A stretch of DNA of 64,000 nt from Mantamonas sphyraenae STR306. Taxonomy: Eukaryota > Protista > CRuMs. The stretch is taken from contig JAPMXV010000034.1 of NCBI GenBank assembly GCA_026936335.1, positions 124,001 to 188,000 on the forward strand, written 5' to 3'. The translations under genes were made by a program, and so were the position numbers. The notes beneath the pieces are model-generated. The model saw only the letters and a program-made list of their open reading frames with translations. It did no database searches and was not told where the DNA came from. Within the stretch, counting starts at the first letter, position 1, and each line of letters begins with the position of its first letter. Below are positions 29,249-40,610 of this stretch, in pieces.

Positions 29249-31170
29249 ACAACAACAACTCGGGCATGTCAGACGCGACCACCACCACCACCGGCAGGAC
29301 AAAGACGCCTGCGCGAGGAAACATGTCGCAGCACAGCCAGAACCAAAGCGGAATCGCCGACGACGTGGAGCTGCACATTGAGATCAGCAGAGTCAAGAAC
29401 TTGCAACAACTGGAGTACACTGGCAGCGAAGTGGTCCTTGCCGCTCTCCCGAGTCTGTTCTCCGCTCACATTGTACCCAAGGAGGTGGATCTGGAACAAC
29501 GCCTGCTGCAAAAGCGTGTGTCAGAGTCCCACGCGGGTCCAGAGCCGAGTGGAGTGGATCTGCAGTTGGATGGCCACCTCACTGTGCGTGGCTCTCGCTC
29601 GGCTCTGGCCACCAGCTGCACCAAAGAGGAGTTGGAGATCCAATTGTGGGCAGTGACAAACATTTACACATCGGGACTGCAATCTGCACCTGTGATTGAC
29701 GATTTGACCCAGAATGGCGACCTGTTGACGGGCCGGTACCAGTTTGGCGGCGTGCGCATCAGCCTGAAGTTCCTGGCCAAGTTTTACGACGTGGTCGAGG
29801 GCTGGTACCATTTGCAGGACCCACACACGCATGCGCGTTGGGCAGGTTCATGTGCGTGTCTACGCCTCGCAGTCGCTCATCCTACCGCGGCAGATCGACC
29901 CGCAGCTTGCGCGGGCCACGTCCTCCCAGGCCCACCACAGCTGGGCTGGATGGACAGGTGCATCCAGCAACCGCTCGAGTGGGACTGCAGAAGACATGCA
30001 CCGCTCCTACATGTCACTACGGGAGAGCATGCCCGAGGCTTTCTACCCGAAAATGGACCGGTACGCCAGCACTGGCGGGTACCGACGTGCCAACAACGGG
30101 CCTTCGCTGGTGGACCACATCGACCAGTGTCTGCCCAACTTTGCAAGCCTTTTTGGAGGCCGAGCGGGCAACAAGCAGCAGCAACAGCAGCAGCAGCCGC
30201 AGATGGAGGTCCCTGTGTCCACGTCGACACAGCAAGTCACGCACACGTCAAATGGCAGCTGGAACACAAGCGCCGCCATTGCGTCGAGTCAGGCCACGGT
30301 GCAAACACACACACAAGCACAGCAACAGCTGCAGGAGGCAAATGTGGCCATGCAAGGGTGGAATCACAATGTCAGTGCAGCCCAACCGATGACATTGCAG
30401 CAGTGGATGCAACAACAAGACGACGGTGTCCGCAGCACAAGCATGCAGGCGCCCTCACAGTTTCAGTTCCAACAGCAACCGCAGCAGGCGCTGGCCCAAC
30501 AGAGAACGCCGTCGCACATGACACCCACGACACAGGTGGTGGGCACGCCTGCCAACGGCGTACAGCGCACCCCAGGAAATGCCTCTGGATTCTTGAGCCC
30601 CAGCTACACGCTGGACCCCGAAGTCGAGCAGCTTCGCCTTCGTCAGCAGGAAGAAATCGACAAAATGGCAGTGCAACTGATGCAACGTGCGTTTTTGGAT
30701 GCCCTTTTCCGCCATGTCATGCCCCGTCTGCACACAAACACACACCCGCTCACACGCACAATCACGCAACCACCCCAGTCCAACAACAACTCCTGAGCAA
30801 CCTGCAGTCGGCCAACCAGACCCCAGATCACACCTATTCTGACGATGGAAGTGATGAGGACGCCAGTAGCGACGAGGACGAGGAGGAGGAGGAAGACGAC
30901 GAGGAAGAAGAATCCGATGACGATGATGAGAGTGCATTCGACATCCCATCGCCCATTCCCGGACCAGGCAGACCTGTACCAAGGAGCCATGCAGGCAATT
31001 CGATCCCTGCATGGATGCTCATGGGAGAAGGAGTCACCGACGCGTCGTTGACTGCAGAGGAGACACCCATGGCCTCGATGTTGGCAACGTCGTCTCCGTC
31101 ATCCCGACTGGGAGGTCGAGGCCACGATGGTTTCGCACATGCCAATGATGTGCACGGTCACCTTGGCTAG
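24613..31170 (+). CDS. Very large pseudokinase with long low-complexity linker, C2-like domain and Q-rich tail (multi-exon, 2 apparent frameshifts)
   Basis: HGNISPANVL (replaces HRD..N), VRLGFF (replaces DFG), YLPPE, ADIWSAACVMAEM. Later ELHIEISRVKNL...EGWYHLQD...GQVHVRV. Frame breaks at ~28127 and ~29825; intron 30688-30778. Confidence 0.72.
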
Positions 31171-34100
31171 AGTCTGGTCTGTGAGTGTTGAGGAAAGAGC
31201 GCGCAGGTTGATCGTCAGAGTCTCGAGAATGACCGGGATGTGCCCTCCGATCAATTTGTCGCTTGGGTCCAGTGCCATGACACACCGCTGCAGCCACGCC
31301 AGCTTGCCGCGTGTCTTTACCGACAGGTTGAAGCCCAGCTGCTGGATGAGCGACAGGACGACAGCCTGGCTCAACGCGTTGCTCTCCGCAGTAATGACGG
31401 CGTCGGGTGACACTTGGTGGCACAACCACACCACCATGTCCAGGTTGTTTGCGCTCAGCGCCATCATGAATGCATCCTCGTACTGTTGCGCTTGAATCAG
31501 TCCAACCAACTTTTCCTTGGCCGATTTCTGGTTAGGCGCTCCTGTGTTGAAGTTGCTGCCACTCTTGCTGCCACTGTAGCTCTGTGTGTTCATCGTGCTC
31601 TCGCTGCTTCGTCGGTCCATGCGCACGCTGCCTGCAGGGGAGGTGTTGTACGCCTCCATGTTTGGCATCGAGCGAGACGAGCTCATCGAGTCGATCTCAT
31701 CCCTACCGCCATTACCCAGGCCATCGCTTCCGCCTCCGCCCTGTTCTGGTGACGTTGCCATGACTGCATTGTTGCTGCTACTGCTGGTCTCGGTTGTGGT
31801 TGTTGCTTGGTTGTCCACTGTGCGGCCTGTAGGCATGGCAGCCGCCACAGCCCCGCTTGATGTGCTGTTCGTATGCACCGAAGGAGACGTATTGTCCATT
31901 GCGCTGCCACTGCCACTGCTGGGGACGTCGTTGCTGTTGCGCGCGACAAATTGTGCGTGCGCGTCGACCAGCACACCCAGCGGCTGGGTTACGTGCGCGT
32001 CCATGTTCTGTACAAACGCTGTGTTCATCTCGTTCATCATGTTGGTGACGACACTTTCGAACGTAGGCACCAGTGTACTCGTAAACGCTGTGGCAAATGC
32101 CGCATTCAGCTGCTGCTGGATGGCAGGCGCCAACATGGATTCATGCAACACTTCGGTCACCTTTTCCTCAATGGCTGGCTTCAACTGCTCCTCCACTGCT
32201 TTGCCAATGCCGTTCTGCACAGCAGCCTCGACGTGTGTGCTGATTGCACGTGACACGGTACGATTCACCTCACGTGCAATGTCTTTCTGCATCTTGGCCT
32301 GCTGCGCCTCCAGCTTTTCCGTGTAGTCCTTCTGCAGCCGCGAGAACAGCTTGTCGTGGTACTGCTGAAAGATTTTGTCCATGCGTGTGAGCAGGGTGCG
32401 CTCCACCTTCTTTACGTCCTTTTGGAACGCCTTGTCGTCGACGTTGGGCACCGAGTCCAGACTGTGGAACATGGTGCGCATGTCAAACGCCTTTGGATCC
32501 ATGTCCCCTCCCCCCTGGCCCGCCGGGCTGGCCAATGGTTTGGCTGCACTACCGCCTGTGCCCGCCGACGCAGCCGAGCCACCAACCATCCCATGAGCCG
32601 TGTTGCCAGTGGACGCATGGATGCTGCTACTGTTGTGGTTGCTGCTGATGCTACTGCTGCTGCTGCTGCTGCTGCTTTCCAGTGCACTGCTGCTTGCCCC
32701 CGCACTGTCCTGTGCTGCCTGCGCTGCAATGGCCAGCTTCAGGTTCTCGCCGCTTTGCGAGTGTGCCTGTGTGTTTAGCCTGTTGATGCGCGCCTCGTTG
32801 AGTTTTCCCGACCGAACCAGCGCAGCTCCGGGCACGTGAGGTCCTCCGTAGCGCCTGCCGCTACCGCTGCCACCACTGCTGCTGCTGCTGCTGCTGCCTC
32901 GTCGTGCTGCTGCTGTGCGAGGTACACATTGTTCGCCCGTCAGGTGCAGCTGCTGAATAGTCTTTTTGGTCAGTGCGTAGATGTAAAGGTCGCGTGGTTC
33001 CCCATCGTCATCCACGCTGTCGCCTTCACCGTCGTTTGTGTCATCGTCATCCCCTCCTTCTTGGTTTCCACGCCGAGATCCACTATCACCATCACTTCCA
33101 CCACCACGACCACCACCACCACCACCACTGCTGCTGCTGCTGCTGCTGCTGCCCCCTGTCATGCCACCCACGGTTGAGAGGCGGACGTTGCCAGCGGGGC
33201 GAGATTCGACGCTGCAGTTGAGCAGTTGCTGATCGCACCGAAATTCAGCCACACAATCAAACAGACCCGTGGTTGGCGAAAGGTGAAAGACAATCATGGC
33301 CGGGTGGACAGTGCTGGCCAAGAGCACGTAGTGCCCCTGCACGTCGAGACACAGATCAAACGCAGGATTGGTGGGCATCAGCATGTCCGAAAGGCCGGCC
33401 GACCCGCTACCAGACACGCTGTTGCTTTCAACGACCACCTGCTGGACAAGTCTGCGTGTGTTGAGGTCCCACACGCGCATGCGTTGGTTATTCGACCCAG
33501 AGGTGAGCAAGAGCGGGAAGCGACGGACGCCGTCTCCGGTCTGAGGCTGTGATGCCACAGAGGTTGGCTCGGGCAGGAAGCAAGCTGCAAACACAGGATA
33601 GGCGTGGTGTGCCATGATGGTGTCCACAAGCTTCGGGGCAGATGGGTCACTCAGGTCAAAGATCCTAGCCGAGCCGTCCTGGCTTGCCGAAGCCAGGAAG
33701 CGCCCGTCGGCCGAGAAGGACACCTGGTTCACTTGGGCCATGTGGGTGCCCACCAGCGTGATGCCATCCACAGTGGTTGGCGAACCCTCGTAGTAGCACG
33801 TCAGCTTGCCCTCCAGCTGCGAGAGAACGGTGGCCACGTTGACCAGGTACACGTTGCCGTCTGTGTCGCACATGGCCACCACGTTCTGGTCCACTGGAGA
33901 CCAGGCCACACGATGAAACGACGGACGTTGCCCTGTGGGCTGAGACGCCACCTTGAGCAGTACAGAGTGCACCTTGGTTGGGCCCTGCTGTTCCTCATCC
34001 TCGTCTGCATGGCTGCTGCTCTCCAGCTGCCACACCGACAGCGATCCATCCTTGGCCACAGAAGCAATCAGGCCGGATTGCTGGCTGAAAAACTCCATGT

Positions 34101-35102
34101 CGGCCACGTGGCCTGTGTGCACTTTCACGTTGTGCTTCTTTCCCCCACTGTGGTGGGTCGCCTTGATGCTTGGGCCTGTGAAGAAGCGATGTCGTCCCCC
34201 ATTGCATTGTGTGTCAGTCACGAGTTCAGCCTGCGTGTGTGTGCGGCAGTTGTGCGTGCATGGCCATCCATTCAGGGCTTGCCTGCGTTGACAACTCACT
34301 GCGTCCGCCCGTGTAGCAGATAAAGTCTGTGTTGGACACGATCAGCCTGCCGTGGCGATAGGTGTGGTCGTTGTTTTGCTGTGCATGTGTGTTTCCAGGG
34401 TCAGGGTTGCACATGCGGATTGTGTGTCAGCCAGCGACGTCGCCTAAGCCCTCTGACCACTCTCTTTCTGCAGACACAGACACACAACACACACCCACAC
34501 CCACAGCAACCACAGCTTACCATGGTGATGGGAAAATGCTCGGGCTCAAAGGTGCATTTGGAGTCGCGGATGGGCGTGTACTTGATGGAAGCCCCCGCGA
34601 GACGATGAGCGTGGGTGGCTGGTTCTTCGTCCTCCTCCTGCCCGTCCTCCTCCTCGTCCTGCACAGTGCTACGCTCCGATGTCGCAGCAGTGGATGTGGA
34701 TGTGTCTGCAGACGAAACTGCCAACGTGTCGGCAAGGGTGGAGGATGTGGGTGTGGTCAGAGAGGCCATCCGGGCACGAGCGCTGGCCAGCTTTGCGTTC
34801 CGGCTCGCTGTACTGTTGTTGTTGATGGATTGCGATCGTGACATGAGACTGGCCAGCTCTGCGCCGTCGCTTTCCGAGTCTTGGCTCGTCTGCGACGCCG
34901 TCGACGGCTGCTTGGCCAACATGGCCATGGGCGAAGGCGAGCCACTGCCCGAATCCACAGACCCGCTCTTGTTCTTGAACCGTGAGCGGGTGGACGACAG
35001 TGACTTGGGCATGTATTCGTCCGATGGTTGCCGGTCGATGTTGTTGCCGGTCCCTTCGGTGTCCTCTTCGCGGTTGGATGGACTACTGCCGGTGTTGGAC
35101 AT
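31099..35102 (-). CDS. EDC4: Enhancer of mRNA decapping 4 (EDC4/Ge-1/VARICOSE), 3 exons
   Basis: YRHGRLIV and HTGHVADMEFF WD40 region; coiled coil; C-terminal YEDAFMMALSANNLDMVVWLC...LSQAVVLSLIQQL...KLAWLQ. Confidence 0.92.
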
Positions 35103-35522
35103 CGTGCCTGTGTGTTCCACTTGTTGCCTCGGGTGCCGCCCCGGCCATGCATGCACCACACCCATGTGTTCAGCGCCCACACAACCTCCTTCTCCCTGTC
35201 TCCATGTCTGACTATGGAGGTGCGCCGTGATGCGCTGTCTTGCCCAACCCCAACACTCTGCCCGCCCGTTCCTGGCCGACAAATCCGTTCTACTGCGCCG
35301 CTCCAGTTCCACCAGCCCAAAAAAAGTGAGTCCTCCTCGAGCTGGTTCGCGAGTACAGACGTGTCCACCTCCCTGGCAGATGTCTCTGCGGGATGGATGG
35401 TGCATGTGCCATACTGCCTGTGTGGTTCGCTAGTGTCCGCTATGTGTGTGGTGTCCCTGCGCGAGTGCTGACGCACCCGCGTGTTTTTTGCGATTTCCTC
35501 CTTCGCCCTGCAGCAGAGAAAA

Positions 35523-36440
35523 ATGGTCAAGGCAATCCGTACTGTTCCCATCGTGAAGAAGCGCCGTAAGCAGTTCAAGCGCCACTTCAGCGACCGCCAC
35601 ATGCGCGTGCCGGTGAGTTTACAGCGAGTCGTCCAAGCCCAAAGGGAGCCGAAAAGCGCTCGGGGCCGCGCAGACGCCGCGCAAAGCCATGCGCATCCAC
35701 GCCCTCCGCGCACGAGGATCTGCCTGCCAGGTAGCATCTGCTCCACCCATGCCTGTGTGTGCCCTGTGGCCACAGGTGTGTGCGTATGCATTGGGCTGTG
35801 GGTCGTCGTGTAGCGAGTGGGCGCGTGTCCAACACGAGCGCATGCGCTTTTCCCTGGCCGACCCGTTGGCAATCTCGGGTCACACGCACTCTCCTGCCGC
35901 GGCACGCGTCTGCGCATGTGCATGTCTACCATCCACATGCAACGCAGACACGTGTCCGCTGTGCGTGAGCCTGTGTTGTGGCCTCGTGTGTGCCCCAGTG
36001 CTTGCCAGCCACTCGGCGCATGCAGTTTTTTCCAGGGCCGAGATTTTGCTCGCCCCGCGTACAACCACCCCGATGCTTGCCATCCCACTCACACTTCCCA
36101 TGGCCTTGTGTGCCTCTTTTACCAACTGCAGGAGTCGTGGAGGGCCCCGCGCGGTATCGACTCGTGCGTGCGCCGCCGCTTCCGTGGTGAGATCCCCATG
36201 CCCAACATTGGCTACGGATCCAACAAGAAGCACCGCCACCAAATGCCGGACGGGTTCTACAAGTACAGGGTGTTCAACGTGGCTGACCTCGAGCTCCTGC
36301 TCATGCTCAACCGCAAGTACGCTGCCGAGATCGCCAAGAGCGTCAACTCCCGCAACCGCGTCGCCATTGTCAACCGTGCCCGCGAGCTGGACATCAAGGT
36401 GACCAACGGCAACGCCCGCGTCGACGAGGAGGAGCAGTAA
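35523..36440 (+). CDS. RPL32: 60S ribosomal protein L32 (eL32)
   Basis: [16 protein letters not shown]...[25 protein letters not shown]. Long intron ~35613-36132; probable 5'-UTR intron ~35326-35516. Confidence 0.97.
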
Positions 36441-36473
36441 ATCGCTTCCAGTCTTCATTCTCACTTGCTCTTT

Positions 36474-37853
36474 TCACCTCCCGTCCTCCAGAAGTGCGGT
36501 GCTGGCCACCAGCACCGATATTCCTGCGCACAGCGCCCCCGAGAGCGGAAACGCTCTTCGCCACGCTCGGCACGGCTTGCCCGCAATGCTGTACCAGGGT
36601 GCAAACAGCACCACTCGGCTTCCCTTTGCCAGCGGGCCCCCCAGCCGTTCCAGCGCTGTCGCTCCAAACACCACCATCAGCACAGCCCCCATGGCCAGTC
36701 CTGCGTTCTTGGAAGTGTCCACAACCTGTACACGTGCAATCACCAGTCCGCACTGTTGTTTCAACGCCTCTATGTGCACTCTGATCCACTCATACTCGCT
36801 CAGCGCTGCCTCTGCATCCAAAGCTCTTGCTTCGCCGCGCTGCTGCATCCGCCTCCTGTGCATGATGCTGTCCACCGTGCGAGCTCGTTTCTGCAGGGCC
36901 TTGACCAGTCTCCCTGCCAATCCGTGCTTGTACCCTTTCAGCGAACTGTCCAACGCCATGTGCCCGTGCAGCTGCGAGCCCCGAGTGCTCAACGCAAACC
37001 GTTGCTTTTCCTGCTTCTCCTGCATCCTTTGCAACTTCTGCTCGCTCTCCACGTCCTCTGCCCGCTGTATCAGCACCTCCTCGTCCTCCTCCTCCACCTC
37101 TTCGTAGTCCGCCACCTCAATGCTCTCTTCGAAATCGCCCCCGCTCGATTCCACCACCTCGTCTTTCACCTCCATCACAGGCTCCTCCAATGCAGATGCC
37201 TCCGTTTCCATTGTCCCGCTGATTGTTTGCGACTGTACAGACTTTTGCGACAGCTGCGACTGCTGCGACTCGATGTCGTCCTCCACCACAAGTGCCTCCC
37301 CTTGGCGCGCACTGTCCACAAACAGCCTCCGGTTGCGCCATGCGCCCTGTCCATTGACTCCAGGCCGTGTGGGGAGTGACAAGCGCGCCATTTGCAGCGA
37401 ATACCCACGTGTCCCACTCCCACTGTCTGTCGTCATCCCCGAGCGGTTTGATCGCTCAACTTTCCCGGGCGACGGCGTCCCGCTCACATGTACTCCCCCG
37501 TGGCCTTCCTCGCCAGGCCTATCCTCAACCTCCCTGTTCTCTTTCTCCTCCCACTTCTCCTTGCCCATGCCCGAGTGCCCCACGTCTCCCCATACGTTGC
37601 TGCTCCCGTGGTTCCCGAATCGGTTCCCGCCAAAACGCCCAGACCTGCCGCTCCCCCTCGAGCCGGTCCATGTCTTGGACGGCGGCCCGCTATGCATTTC
37701 CACCTCCATTCCAGACTGTGTGTGCACTTCCTGCGACTCGCCTTCTTCTGAATCGCTCTCCAGCGACTCTTGCGACTCCTGCGACGCGCCCCAGAGCAGT
37801 TTCTCCATTTCCCACGACGCTGCGCGCGACATGACCACGCTTTTTCGCATCAT
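36474..37853 (-). CDS. SPIDR-like (DUF4502) protein: disordered N-terminus plus one OB-fold-like domain
   Basis: GLAGRLVKALQKRARTVDSIMH, VHIEALKQQCGLVIA, VVFG and VVLFAPW resemble the SPIDR motifs I recall (GLAERL, ELHEEC, VLF, IFPPW). Start uncertain (37853 or 37568). Confidence 0.55.
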   Translation of the reverse strand: MMRKSVVMSRAASWEMEKLLWGASQESQESLESDSEEGESQEVHTQSGMEVEMHSGPPSKTWTGSRGSGRSGRFGGNRFGNHGSSNVWGDVGHSGMGKEKWEEKENREVEDRPGEEGHGGVHVSGTPSPGKVERSNRSGMTTDSGSGTRGYSLQMARLSLPTRPGVNGQGAWRNRRLFVDSARQGEALVVEDDIESQQSQLSQKSVQSQTISGTMETEASALEEPVMEVKDEVVESSGGDFEESIEVADYEEVEEEDEEVLIQRAEDVESEQKLQRMQEKQEKQRFALSTRGSQLHGHMALDSSLKGYKHGLAGRLVKALQKRARTVDSIMHRRRMQQRGEARALDAEAALSEYEWIRVHIEALKQQCGLVIARVQVVDTSKNAGLAMGAVLMVVFGATALERLGGPLAKGSRVVLFAPWYSIAGKPCRAWRRAFPLSGALCAGISVLVASTALLEDGR

Positions 37854-37963
37854 GGTGTGTAAGGGGGTGACACGGGATGTGCAGAGATGGGTCCAAGTCC
37901 AACTGGGGCAGCTGGAAAGAGCAGGAGTCCGATGCGTTTGCTCAGCCAGCGCAAACTTTGTCC

Positions 37964-38011
37964 ATGAGCAGCAGCGGCACAGAACCCGTTAGCCGCTTTG
38001 CTGTGGCGGCC

Positions 38012-38045
<34 letters not shown>

Positions 38046-40600
38046 TCGGCAGTGGGAGACGCGACAGCAATGCTGCAGCTGAGAGCAGCCCTGGTGCGGC
38101 CGACCTTGCCGACCCGCCCTCAGAGACGCCGGTCATCTTTGTCGACTCCCCTCCATCGACACCCATCCAGTCTGACTTTCTGCTCGATTCCAGCGACCTA
38201 AGGTGTGTTCTTGTGCCCGTTTGGCTGCCCCATCTCGCCGTGGCGTGTCACATCCCGCCTGTACGGGAGCTCCCCTCTCGCTTTGCACCTCGCTCAGGGC
38301 TGCTGCTATGCCGCATGCCCCTGCCCGCTCACACGCACGCCTGGCTTTGCCTCATTGCCCTCAGTACCATGTCCACGTTCACCCCAGAGTCCTTGGGCGA
38401 CTGGCTTCTGGGCATCTGCGTCGTCGATTTCCACAAAGAACGAGGCCAGGTATGTCCTCGATCAACTGTGCCGGCCGTTTCCCCTTTGGTTTCCCGTCCC
38501 ATACGGCTCATGCTGACCCCATGTGCCCTGTATCCTGTTGACCACCTCCCCCTTTGGTCATCCCAGACCATTGAGCTGTGCCACCCGGACCTCGACCTGC
38601 CCGACACCCTCAGCAAAAACATCGCCTACTCGTCCTTCCCCGACTCAAACTCGGCCCAGATCGGTGACACCGTGTACTGCTTCCGAGTCCGCGCTCCGCA
38701 CAGTTGGCTCCACCCTGCCTTGGCCTGTGTACGTAGCTCCTCCGACCGGCTTCTCGACAGCCCATTCATCTATGGCTATGTGTTTTTCCGCCAGGAAGCC
38801 GACGAGGCCTCAGATCGCGGTTACGTCCAAAAGGTCAGTCGCCCACCACCTCCTTCCCACCCCCCTACCAGCCACACCTTCATTCTGACCCACCCACCCA
38901 CTCACCCCCTTCCGCCTCTCTGGGTGCACATGTCCACACCTCAGTCGGTCGTCATCCTCAGTCTCTTGCCCTTTGTCGACCTCTTTCAACAGCTGGTCCG
39001 TGTCGTCGGCCCCATGTTCTTTGAGTACGGTGAGCCGCTTATCGAAACTGCTTTGGAGAACATTAGCCGCTGGCCCGCTTATGACCGTGCGCAGGTTGTC
39101 GAGTTACCCTTCCTTGGCCATGTGTTCCAGGTGACCCCGGACACCTCGGTTGATCCGCGCCTGGCCACCGTCGAGGTGGAGCTTCTCTCCCACGAGGCCA
39201 AGGGCAATATGCCCTTCAACGTGGTGGTCATCCGCAACAGTCGCTTCGGCAGCCTCAACCTCTACTCCAGCTTCCACGCCATCGTTCCCCATCTGTGGCA
39301 CCTGTGGGAGCTCGTCATCACAGGACACCCCATCATGGTCATTTCTCCCGACCCACAGCTGTCCAGCCACGCCGTCCTCTCCCTCGTTGGTATGATTGCT
39401 CCCCTCCAGTACGCCGGCGACTTCCGGCCCTATTTTACCATTCACGACTCGGACTTTCGCCTCTACTTTGCCACTCCGAGCCCCAAGGCCAACGAACCTC
39501 TCCCTGACGACGAAGCCAGTGTGGCTGCCGAGGTTAACCAGGAGCACGGCCAGATGCCCGTCGTCCTTGGCGTCACAAACCCGTTTTGCGTAAAGATGAA
39601 CTCGGAGATCTCCACCGTCGTTTCTGTCGGCTACAAATCGGCACACAGGATGTAAGTTTGTGTGTGTGTGTGTGTGTCTGTGTGTGTGTGTGTGGCTGCT
39701 CGTGTGCACGTCGCCCATCACTCACACGCCATGATCCCATGATCCCATGATCCCATGTTCCCTCTCCACAGACGCAAAACGCGCTCCATGGGTTCCAGCC
39801 CGTCCATGGACGACATTTCCGAGTTTGTCAACGAAGTGCGTACGTCCAACAAACCACTCATCCAGCCTGACAAGGACATGCTGCGTCGCATGACCTCCTC
39901 CAAGAACCTGACGACCACGAGCGTGTTGCCTGACGACGACGGGGCCAATTACCGCAACCAGGTGCTACGCCAACACTTTGACCTGCTCACCGAAACCTTC
40001 ATGATGCCCCTGGAGCGCCACTTTGCCACGCTCATGCCGCTGGCGCGTGATGTCCAGCCGCTGCAACAGCTACCACGTGTGCAACCCTTTGACGTGGATG
40101 CATTCATTCACGACACCGACTGGCGAGACATCAGTGTACAAACCATGATGGGCATCCAGGCCGAGTGGAAGACCATCTACACACGCTTCCTGCACTCGCC
40201 GACCTTTGAACACTGGTACCAACGCCGGTGCACAGAGGCACGTGCCGTGCTGCAGATCAAGTACAGAGAGGTGCTCATGGCCCTGGATGGTGACGAATTG
40301 GCACGGCTTGTGCCCGACACGGAAGACGAAATCACCCTCATGGACCACTTTCTTCGCACGCGCGACGAACGCGACGAGTATGCAGAACGCGGGGACTCAA
40401 AGTACGCCCAGTGCCTCGACACCTTGCTCCAGGCCATTGTCGCCAAGTTGCCACAGGATCTGCGCCAAGCTGTGGAAGGCGAACTTGCTGCCGACTTGGA
40501 CGGTGGCGAAGCAAGCGTGGACGCAGTGGAGGGAGAGCAGAAGCAAGCAACCACCGAGCAACAGGATGAGGAAGCCAAGGATGAGAATGAAACGAGTTGA
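37964..40600 (+). CDS. DENND6: DENN domain protein 6 (FAM116; Rab GEF), 5 exons
   Basis: WLLGICVVDF..ERGQ, SFPDSNS, YGYVFFRQ, RGYVQKSVVILS, LWELVITG, DFRPYFTIHDSDF, LGVTNPF. Confidence 0.92.
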
Positions 40601-40610
40601 ATGCGCTGAC

